From NCBI GenBank assembly GCA_012295275.1, contig CM022672.1, forward strand, positions 806,001 to 870,000: a DNA stretch of 64,000 nt. Direction: 5' to 3'. Source of the DNA: Chrysomallon squamiferum (lineage: Eukaryota > Animalia > Mollusca). Below, one piece after another: positions 29,480 through 41,956 of the stretch. A program made the translations under genes and the position numbers. Position 1 is the stretch's first letter, and the number at the start of each line of letters is the position of its first letter. The notes below the pieces were generated by a model. The model was given only the letters and a program-made list of their open reading frames with translations. It made no database searches and was not told the DNA's origin.

Positions 29480-32373
29480 GCTGTTGTATGAATGGACTAG
29501 GACAGAGAGGTTAGTGAGATGAATAAAACATGAGAGTGGTATGACAGTTAATTGCAGACTGTTGACTTGTTGAGCTAAGTAATCAATAGAGCCCAGTGTG
29601 AAAACATCCATGTGCTGCTTTCTATACAACAGACACGTGTTGCTTCTGTGATCAATAGCAGTAATGTTGCACTTCTCGTTTTATTTATTCACATCAGTGT
29701 CCACAACGTAATCCTCTAAGCCTGGGTTTATCACTGAGACAGTTCAACTTGATTGATCTCACTTTCTCAGTTTTCAGCTTCAAGACTGAGGAGTCACAGG
29801 TCATGGTTTCATTTCTCTCCAGTGCTTGCTCAGATCCATCTCCCATTCCAACCAGGGTCCCATAACTTTTTTCTGCCTAACTGTAAGGAGGTACAGATAA
29901 AAAAGGGGATTATTGCTAAATGAGAAAAAGACTGATCCATCTAATATTAGTAGTTTTCTAATACATATTTTTTTCTATACTAGATGACTGATATGATGAA
30001 ACTATAGATTTAAAATATATTGATAACTGACACTTAATTAATATTAAACATCATGGTATGTACTGCCCAGCGAGCAAAAAAATGTTTGCAAAATTTTTCG
30101 TTCTTAAATAAAAAACATTATCAATTTCTGTGAAGACAATAACAATATCAGGTAACTAATACTAAAAGATGACAGAAAATCAGTAGTTTGTCTAGTTATT
30201 TCAGTAATTGAGTAAATCAATCAATCACTGATAAACAGATGTTTGATGTTCAGTTGTCAGCGATTGATCTGTCTTAAACAAAACAAGCTCTGATATCAGA
30301 GCACAGTATGTCTTTAAACAACACTTGTCACCATTATTATCAGTAGTAGTAGTAGCAGTAGCAGTAAAAGTATTAGTACTAGTAATAAGTTGTAATGTTA
30401 GTATTAGTATTTATTGATTTTTTATTTGTTGTTAGTAGTAGTAGTCATTTTATTGTTACCGTTATTCAGGCTTGTAAATTTGTCAAAACATTAAACCCAT
30501 ATGATTAATTCATATCCAGTAGGAAAGCTAAGTTGGAACTGGAAAACAGTTCACTGTAGTCCCTGATGAGGAATGATCTTTCTTCTGAGCAATAATTCAT
30601 TTTTTCACTGGTAGGCAGTGGTGGTTACAGAATAACATTAACTGAAATCTCTGGGGTGATATCAGTAACACAGTAAATTGATTTTATAACAAGATGTGTA
30701 CATCTTGCATCAATTATCTGGAAAAGATGAATACTACTGAACTATTTTAATATTTTAAAAAAAAAAAATTAGTAAAATAAGATCTTGCTATGTTATTAAA
30801 ATATTAAAATAAAAAATTCTTTATAAATATTCTCTTAAAAAAAAAACAGATACAAAAAAAATATTGAATGGTATTTACACTAAATTTATTTTATTTTTTC
30901 ATTTTTTATTTTATTTTTTAAATTGTTGATTTAAGTGTGAAATCCATTTAAAGACTGATTATTCAATAATAGAGTTTTTACATATATCTTTAGGCAGTTT
31001 GGGGGCTTTGGTTGGAATGGGCTAACACTGAATTAAGTGTGTTTCTTTGGATACAGTTAATCCATGTGTTACTGCTACTATATACAAGAACCACAGACTG
31101 TGAACATCGACAGAGACATTTCAACATCAACTCATTTCCCTTGTGTAGCGTCTGCAAGATTGTTTCTGTCATAATCTAAAGTACAATGTCATGCGCTTCA
31201 GGCAGAAATGTTTTTATTTTTCTGTGTGAAATGTTCTACACAAATCTAATTATCACTGTCTTCAACATACAAGGCAGCACATTTGACTGTTATTGATTAA
31301 CAAATGAAAAAAGAAGAACTACGGGAGACTAATTAGACAGTGTTAACTCTGTGGTGTATCTCACAAAAGGTAATCAGTAAACTCAAACGTGTAACATCAT
31401 ACAGTGTCATACTTCAGTGATATGTCATTCTTCTTACACTATGTTACACAGTGATATTACACAGTGATGATATAGTGTCATTTTATAATTGTTACACTGA
31501 TACACAAAAATGTTTCTATGTTACAGTGTAATTTTGTGATATTACACATTGATGTTAATGTAGTAACACAGAAACAATCTCTTACATAAACACTGACACA
31601 AATGAAGAAACAAACATTATGAACAAACACAGAGAATCAAAATTACATAATAAACAGACTTGCACAAAAGTACAAAGGCATGAAAAAGACTGGCCATGAA
31701 GTCTAGATAGGTGTTTGAAAATTAAAACTGTGTGTGTGAATTTTACTGTGTGTGTGTGTGTGTGTAATGTATATGTACATGTGTGTGTATATATATGTAT
31801 ATATATTATGAATGTTATATATTTATTTATAATTTATTTACAATTTGTTTACTGGTGCTGTAATCTAATAAAAGGTTGTGGCCAAAGGTTCTGTACATAT
31901 CTTACATTTAAAACATACCTTTCAGCATATCAGCATCAGTAACAAGTTATTTTCAACACTTTCAGAAAACTCTAACTCACAGACAAAAAGTGTTCTTCCA
32001 TGAGTCTCCCAAACTTTGTAAAGTATTAAATTATTGAAAAGTGTTGATGTGTCACAAAAGTTAATTTCTCTAAAACATGTTTCTAGGTTGTGTATTTGAA
32101 CTGGTGGCCTCTCATTCGAGACTGCTTGGCATACCTCATCAGCATCGCTGCCCTTGTTGTTGTTATATATGATGAAGTAGTCAAGTGGTGAGTATTTTTA
32201 ATAAACGTTTTCTTGTATGTACAGTAGTGTTTGTAAAGAAAGAGATTTATTATATAACCTTGTTATTTAAAGTGTAAAAATATTGTCATTTGTAATGGCT
32301 TTTTATTTCATTTATACAATTTTTTTTTTTTTTTTTTTTTTATATAATTCTTCATCTTCTTCTCTGTTCTTCA

Positions 32374-32405
<32 letters not shown>

Positions 32406-33341
32406 ATTTTTCATTTTATATTAAAATTCTTCTTCTTATTGTGATTAATATTAATTTATTTATTTATTTATTTATTTTATTTTATTTAATTTTATTTTTT
32501 TAATTTATTTATTTTTTTTTTTTTTTTAATTATTATTATTGTTTTTTTTTACTGTATTTTCAGGTACGAAGCGGTAGGCCTCTGTGTTCTGTACTTCCTG
32601 TACATCGTGCTGATGTACTTCAATGGCAGCCTGGAGAACAGACTGGTTCCCATGGTTGACCGCTGCTGCCCGAGGAAGGTGAAAGAAGAATCCATCGTGT
32701 TGTATGAGAAAGTGAGCACCTCCAATGGTTCCATCGTTCAGCCAGACACCAGCAATGGTAAGTACTTTCATCTTATTTTCAATTGTTAATTTCTTCATAA
32801 GAGAATTCTTCTTAAAATTTATTAACATATGTTTTGATAATTATATATATATATATGCCAAAACTTAGACACAGGCACATTATTTTGTTAATGATATTTT
32901 TGTTACTTATTGATTGAGGTGTAATTGTTTTATATTACCTGTTTTATATTAGGTGTTTTTATATTACCTGTGTTAATGAGTACTGATTTACTGTATTTAT
33001 TAGTTCTGCTGTAAAATATGTTCTATCATTTGATCTTTGCAGTATTAACTTTGTTAGTGTTCCTGGTGAAGTAATTTTGTTGTAAATAAGAGTTGTATTT
33101 AAAAACTTTTAAGCATTTATTACTTTTAGTTATAAATTTGTGTGTTTCTTGAAAACATGCACACAAAGATGCACAAACATACAGAGGTGTTTTTGTGGAT
33201 ATGTACAAATATCAATACACAAATAAACACACTAATAATTTATACAAATAACAAACACCCAGACAGTCACTTTTTGACAATCACTCTTTCACACACACAC
33301 ACACACACAAATACACATACACACACACACACACACACATA

Positions 33342-33383
<42 letters not shown>

Positions 33384-34241
33384 CAGACACACAGTCACAC
33401 ATACACAGTCACACACATACACATACAAACACAGACATACACACACAGTCACACACACACACCCAAACACACATTCATACAGTCATACACACAGACACAA
33501 ATAAAACATAATTATAGATACAAAGCACAATAAGAAAATATTTCATGGCTGAATTAAAAATAAAAATATCAGTTAAATCCAGATATAAAGAGCATTTATG
33601 TAAATTATTTTTAGAGATGTGGGTTTGTTCACTTAGTGCCTGACATGTCACTGTCATTCTCAGTATTTTTTCTTTTGACTAGCACCAATTGAAATATTCA
33701 CTGTTTGTTAGTACTGGAGTAGAGCAAACAAATAGTTGAATTATGCAATTTTCTTCTCTAGTTTCCACTGACCCAATAAAACTGTGTGTGATACTTAAAC
33801 CGATCACTGCAATTTTAAGAAGAAAAAAAACAACAACCAAAAATAAATAAATAAATTAAAAAGAACAAAAGGAAAGAAAATAAAAGCATTATTAAAATTT
33901 GTTCTACATACTTTTAATCTGTATCATGCATATATACGTATATATGTATGTATGTACGTATGTATGTATGTATATATGTATGTATATAGGTATATGTGTG
34001 TGTGTGTACGTATATGTGTGTGTGTGTGTGTGTATGTGTGTATATATGTATTGTGTATGTATGTGTGTGTATGTATGTATTGTGTATGTGTGTGTATGTA
34101 TGTGTGTATGTGTATGTTTTTGTATGTGTGTATGTATGTATGTATGTGTGTGTATGTGTATGTAAGTGTATATGTGTGTAAGTGTATATGTGTGTAAGTG
34201 TATATGTTTGTAAGTGTATATGTGTGTATATTTGTGTGTAA

Positions 34242-34295
<54 letters not shown>

Positions 34296-35045
34296 AGACA
34301 TTTATGTGCAAGTCAGCAAGTTGTTACTAATGAACACTCACTGAAACAAGTAAACTGACACACACAGGACTATTTTGTATCTCATTAAAGCTCACAAAGA
34401 ACTGAAAACACCACACATCTTAACATCGTGTTTAACACTTTCAGAAAATGTCTATCTCACACACAAAAGAGCTCTGTAAGTTTTCCATCCCAAGCGTCTC
34501 CATCATATATTTTTTTTAAAATTTATAATTAGTATTTTTGTAATAATTAGTTTTATAAGCTACTATCAAATAACTGTCTGTCATGTTTGTTTTCTTTTTT
34601 TTTGTTTTGCCCCCCCTGGGTCTCTCTCAGAGCTGAGTTCTTCTTGGTTGTTATCTTTGTATCAGTTAGTCTCATATTTAAGCCATTAACTAATTACTCA
34701 GTAGATATCTGTGTTTTGACAAGTCAGTGCCATTGGGAACTGATTTGGTCCATTGATGTTTTCACTCTTCATGTCCATGTTGAGAGAAAGCAGACTTATA
34801 GACACAGCATTATCTCCACATCCTTATAAACACAAAACAGACACTTTGAGACAGAAACAGACAGACAGGAAAGACAGACAGGCTGACAGAGAGAGAGAGC
34901 GAATGAATGAGAGGAGAAAGAAAGAAGAAAGAGAGAGAATAGATGTACAGGATGAGAAGAATTATGAGTGAGAAAAACAGAAAGACAGAAGAATAAACAG
35001 AGTTACAATGATAACAGAATGAATGTGATCTCTAGAAGTTTATCT

Positions 35046-35109
<64 letters not shown>

Positions 35110-36466
35110 AGATCATTTTTGTTTATATTGTAGAATCCTGATTATGTTTATTTTATTTATTTTTGTGAATTTGAGGAAAATGTAGTTCATACATAAATAA
35201 TAAAATAAAAATAACAGTGTAGAATGTGAAACACTGATATATTTAAGTATTTGTATATTCAGTTTTACATTTTATTACTTAGATATATTTTCTTCTTTTT
35301 CTTCTTGTTTTCTTTTTTTAATTATTATTATTCTGTTTTTAGCGAAACTTTACCAATATTATTGTTTCCCTTCAAAACTTAGACATTTATTGTGTCTGTC
35401 ACATATTAATTCAAATTTTCACTTTCACACAAACCTGTTCTGGTGTTAACAAACATCTTAAACATATTCTTTTTTATATGGTAATTATTTATATATATAT
35501 TTTTAACTAAACTATACTTGTAGTCATGTAAACAAATAGAATAAATATTTTTTAATCTATTTTAATTTTTGCTTGTGAAAACCTGCATTTGTTAATAAGA
35601 AGAAATACTGCCAATAAAATAACCATATTTTTTTAATTCTCTTATTATAAAGAAATGTTTTGTTACAAAATATCTTTCAGGTGACTCTGTGACAGACATC
35701 AGTAAGAAACTATTTATACTCACGTTTCTTTAGGCATCTGCACTGTGTGACTGTGTTCTATAAAAGGTACATAAAGTCAGAGTAATAAAATGCTTTTGTT
35801 TCTGAATAACTTGACTTAAAAAATTCAATAGAAAAAAAAAAATTAATAATAATAACAATAATAAAAAATAAATAAATAAATAAAAATAAATCTTAAAAAA
35901 TCCAAAAATGTTCTTTATGTGCCTTTTATTGAAGTCAGTTGCATACATTGTCACTGTTTGATGCTTGGTTTCTGTTTGGTATGTGGTGTCCTGTAACTGT
36001 GGGAATCTGGTGTTTTGTGTTTTCTAGGTCAGCTAATGGAGATGGAGCCAGTGTCAACACAGCTGGAGTTTGATGATGCTGACTCTGATGATGATGAAGA
36101 AATGTTTCGACAGAGATCTCATACTCATTGTAAATTGATTTCATTTGTCAGCTTTAAATAAATAAATAAACAAACATATAAATGAATAAATAACTAAATA
36201 AATAAATAAACAAACATATAAATGAATAAATAACTAAATAAATAAATAAACAAACATATAAATGAATAAATAAATAAATAAACAAACAAATAAATAAATA
36301 AATAAGTAAATAAATAAACATATAAATAAATAAATAAATAAATAAACACATAAATAAATAAATAAACAAAATTATAAATGAATAAATAACTAAATAAATA
36401 AATAAACATATAAATGAATAAATAAATAAATAAACAAACAAACAAATAAATAAATAAATAAATAAG

Positions 36467-36501
<35 letters not shown>

Positions 36502-39328
36502 ACAAATAAACAAATAAATAAATTAAAAAAACATATAAATAAATAAATCAATATATAAACAAACAAATATATAAGTGATATATGGGAGGGTGTTTATAAG
36601 AGATCTGTTACTGCTAATCAGGTACTGAATGTAACTCATGACACCATTGTTTTAACTGATATCATTAAACAACTGTACATTTTAAATGCACTGTATATTT
36701 CAAAAAAACAAACAAATACCATTCTGAATCATTAACCTCCCTCACATTAAATTCAACAAAAACAATAAACGTTAAAAAGAAATTTTATAATTTTATTTGT
36801 ATTATTGTAAGAGGTTACTGTTGAATACACTTCATTTGAACTTTGTCAATGTCAAACCATTGTCACTGTTATAGCTGATCTTAGCTCTACAGATTTCTCA
36901 GTGGGAAAGTAAAAAAACAAGGAATATGAGAACAAACAGATGAGTCAAACTTTGGTCAGTGTATATTCCCATTTTCATACCCAGATAAGTGAAGTCCAAA
37001 CAAGTTAATTGTCCTGTTCAAAGATCCACTAAGTTAGCTGCTAACAGCACAGAGACTTTGCAGTACAAGTCTTCTAGCTGTGTGGTCCTTGTATGTCTTT
37101 TCTTTGAACTGCTTTGTTTTGTCACAACAGAAAGTTCACAAGTTAACACATGTCCAGTCACTTAAATGAGTGTATTCAACTTTTGATAGTTAATGAAGAT
37201 TATAATTCAGATTCTGCTGTAAATAATATAAATTATTATATTTTAATACATGATTTTATAACTTTCATTACAAACATGTTTACATTAATACCATTCTGTT
37301 AAATGTTTCTTTTCCTGTTTGTTCTAGTATACATAGTATAGTAATTTTTCCTTTTTTTAAAAATCTTGTTTTCATTTTCTGTTGAAACCTCTGATACACC
37401 CATCCTTTTATTTTATACTACCACTAGTTTTCTTGTTTTATTTATTTATTTATTTTTTATTTTTTATTTTTTAATCCAATTATTTTGTTAAACACACTGA
37501 GCAGAAATCTCAAGATGTAAAAAGTATTTTGTCAGTTTGTTTATCAGCACAAGTAGAAAACACTTATAATGTTTATTATTTACTGACTGACTGGTGAAGG
37601 CTGTTAGGTAGTTTGTCACCAGCAAGAGTTAACTAGTGTTTGTTAGAGACATGGAACGTCAGCTTGTGAAACATGAAAGTGTATTTGTGTTAGTTGGAAG
37701 TGTGTCTGTATGTTTATATGTCTGTCATTGTTCATAGATTCTGAACTGTGAAGTATTTTGTAAACAGATATTTCATTCATGTTCAAGCAGTGTTAGGTCA
37801 GTGTATACATAACAAATAGGTGTGAAAAAATGAATATTTAACATGAGCAGTCTGCTACAAGTTGCTTACTTGTCACTCAGAAATCATGTTTAAAAGTTTA
37901 TTTCACTGCAGTGAAATCTTCAGAAGAAGAACCTCGAGCTCTGTGTACGCCCCCTGGTGGATTCTGGTTGAGGGTGTTATGGATTGTCTCCCTTCCAATC
38001 AACATGACACTGTTTATCACAGTTCCAGACTGCCGCAAGCGACGTTGGCGCCGATGTTTCCTCATTACGTTTGTCATGTCGCTCGTCTGGCTGTCCGGCT
38101 TCTCCTACCTCATGGTGTGGATGATCACTGTAGTAGGTGAGTTTTCATTGGTTCAATTCACACTGACAGATAACAGATGAGTTTTCATTGGTTGACTTTA
38201 CACTGTCAAATAACAGGTGAGTTTTCATTGGTTGAATTCACACTGTCAAATAACAGGTGAGTTTTCATTGGTTGACTTTACACTGTCAAATAACAGGTGA
38301 GTTTTCATTGGTTGAATTCACACTGTCAAATAACAGATGAGTTTTCGTTGGTTGAATTCACACTGTCAAATAACAGGTGAGTTTTCATTGGTTGACTTCA
38401 CACTGTCAAATAACAGGTGAGTTTTCATTGTTTGAATTCACACTCAAATAACAGGTGAGTTTTCATTGGTTGAATTCACTCTGACAAATAACAGATGAGT
38501 TTTCATTGGTTGAATTCACACTGTCAAATAACAGATGAGTTTTCGTTGGTTGAATTCACACTGTCAAATAACAGATGAGTTTTCGTTGGTTGAATTCACA
38601 CTGTCAAATAACAGGTGAGTTTTCTTTGGTAGAATTCACATCATTTATTAATAGATGAGTTTTCAGTCGCTGAGTTGATATCATATAATAGTGAATTTTA
38701 TTTGTTTTCACGTCTCATTTTCATTTTCTGAATTTTATACTACAATTTTGCTATTAAATAATCATTTGTTTTCATAGTCTGTCAGTACATTAAAATTTAT
38801 AACTTAATAGTTGAGTTTATTTTGCTATAGTTGATTTAATAAATCAGTTTTAATTTTTAATTAACATTTTTGTCTCGGCTGTTTGTTGGCAAGTTTTTAT
38901 TAATAATGTTTGTTTTTACAGTGTTATCACTGGTTGTCATAAAACATACAACTCATTGAATATTCATTGCATTTGTCAAAGCTTTTTAGATACATTTTCA
39001 CTGATTACATTACTTAGTGTATACACATTTACTGGATTCATTAACACCAAGATTACTAGATAAGCTCATAATAACTTTCTGTAATAATTTCTACATAAGG
39101 CAATCTTCCATTGGTTGTAAATAAATATTGACAGAAGAACAGTTTTTATTGGTCTTCAGAGAATAATTACACACTGTAATTAGCTGAGTGATTCTGGTAG
39201 CTGTGTTTTGATTGGTCATGTAGGAAATAGCTGTGTAGTATCAAATGTAATTCACCACGAGAGATTAATTAAATATTTATTAGTTGTATAACAGTGGCTA
39301 AATTGAATTATATGATGTGTGTTTGCAG

Positions 39329-39361
<33 letters not shown>

Positions 39362-40617
39362 TATATATATATATATATACATACACATATCTACAGTTTA
39401 AGTGTTTGTATAAAAGCAAATAACTCAGAACAGAAGTTTATTACATTTTGGCAGTCAATGAAAAGGTTTATGATTACATTTATATACAGTGATAAGATAA
39501 GTTTACATGAGCTAATATTAACTTAGTTTTTTACATCCTGAAAGAGCCGTCTTAACCAAAGAAAAAAAAAAAAAACAGGTAAAGTATCAGGTGTAATATT
39601 AGTTGTGTAACCTGTGAAGTCATATTTAATACAGCCAGCCCATACACTGATACAGTTGTAAATAGAAATAACACATGAAATGTATACATGCAGATTGTAA
39701 ATAATACACATGTACGTAGGTTTTTTTTTTTTTATAAAGTATGTGGCCAGTGGCCAGATATCATTAAACAAATATTTATTCATCCCTCCATCCATCCATC
39801 CATCCATCCATCCTTTCATACATTCATCCATTCATTCATTCACTTAATAATCCATCCTTCCATGCATCCACCCATCTGTTTAACTGACACTGTGTATGAA
39901 TTGTGTAGTTTTTTTTCTCACACTGCTGTGTTGTGTTTCAGGGTTCACAGCGAACATACCAGACACTATAATGGGGCTGACATTGGTGGCGTTTGGAGTC
40001 AGTCTGCCTGATGTCGTGGCCAGTCTTATTGTGGTCAGAGATGGTAAGAAGAACAGTTTTAAACCATCACCTGTTTACTCTGCTGACAAACAGCTGCTAC
40101 ATCTCTCTTCTGTTTTATGTTTCATTACATTGACACAGTCAGGACAAAGTCAAACTTCTCACATTTCTTTGTTTAAATGTCAGATTTTTTTTATTAGCCA
40201 AAGATAGTCTCTGCTAAAAAAAATAAAAAAAATAAAAAAATTATGAAATTACTGAAAATATGTTTGGTCTCATGGTATAATCATGTCCTGTTTACAGGTA
40301 GGTGAAGATAAAAAAATGTCTTGTTGCTAATCTGTGAAAGTAGTCCATGAAACAGCAGCTGCAAATTTGTTTTTCTCTTTTATACATATGTGTGTGTGTG
40401 TTTGTGTCTATATCTATCTGTCTGTTTCCATATATATATATATATAGATAGATATATAGTTAGATAGATATATAGATAGATATACATGTGTAAACACACA
40501 CATACCTTTTTTTAGAAACTTTAAAAAAATAATATTGTCCTTGTTTCTGAAATTTTGCATTAATTGTCAAAGAATTTATGTATATATGTATGTTATGTAT
40601 GTATGTATGTGTATATA

Positions 40618-40650
<33 letters not shown>

Positions 40651-41920
40651 GTATATGTATATATGTATATATATTGTAAATGTAATCATAAACCTTTTCA
40701 CTGACAGCCAAAATGTAATAAACTTCTGTTCTGAGTTATTTACTTTTATACAAACACTTAAACTGTAGATATGTGTATATATATATATCTTTGACACTTA
40801 ATGAATAAAACAGATTTTTTTTAATGTAACAGCTGAAATTAAAATTACTATGTACATCAGCTGTTACATTAGATTTAAACAGATGTTTATCTAATTGTCT
40901 TTCTCACACTGTCAGAGTCATCTGTCCTTGACATTTTTTTCTGATAAAATAAGGCTATCTAGACCTGTCATGCTGTTTTTCTCATCAGATTTAATTTAAT
41001 CAATTTATAAAGAATTTTTGAATTTCCATTCATACTGCCAAGAACTGAATAAATTGGCTAGTCGCATGATAATTAAATTGAAATATTAGTACCAAAGAAA
41101 GTTAAGTTAAGAAAATTTGAACTGTAAATGCTTTATTAAGCATAAAGAAAAATTAATTCTTTTGAGAAAAAGAACAAAATGGTCTATGATGGATATTCTG
41201 AACTAACATAAAAACGTTTGTGTCTGGCAGCTAGATATATTATTATTTATTATATATTACTATTTATCACAAAAACAGGTGTGATGAAGTTGTAATTAGG
41301 TAATTATCTCATTAAGTGGTATGTTAGTAATGCAGATATGGCTGTATTCAATTCTGTAATAGTAGTAACAGCAGATGTAGTAATATTTTAATAATGTAGT
41401 TTAATAAACTGTTTTATGATTTGGAGGTATGGCTGTGTCAAATGCTGTAGTAGTAGTAGTAGTAGTATGTTAATAATGTATTTACTGTTGCAGGATATGG
41501 AGACATGGCTGTGTCTAACGCTGTAGTAGTAGTAGTAGTATGTTAATAATGTATTTACTGTTGCAGGATATGGAGACATGGCTGTGTCTAATGCTGTAGT
41601 AGTAGTAGTAGTATGTTAATACTGTATTTACTGTTGCAGGATATGGAGACATGGCTGTGTCTAACGCTGTAGTAGTAGTAGTAGTAGTAGTAGTAGTATG
41701 TTAATAATGTATTTACTGTTGCAGGATATGGAGACATGGCTGTGTCTAACGCTGTACTAGTAGCAGTAGTAGTAGTAGTAGTAGTATGTTAATAATGTAT
41801 TTACTGTTGCAGGATATGGAGACATGGCTGTGTCTAACGCTGTAGTAGTAGTAGTAGTAGTAGTATGTTAATAATGTATTTACTGTTGCAGGATATGGAG
41901 ACATGGCTGTGTCTAACGCT

Positions 41921-41956
<36 letters not shown>

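Noticed and set aside
34445-34475. Possible extra NCKX exon (tttcag|...|gtaagt)
   Set aside because: At 31 nt it breaks the reading frame, and the model is complete without it. It cannot be supported without RNA data.
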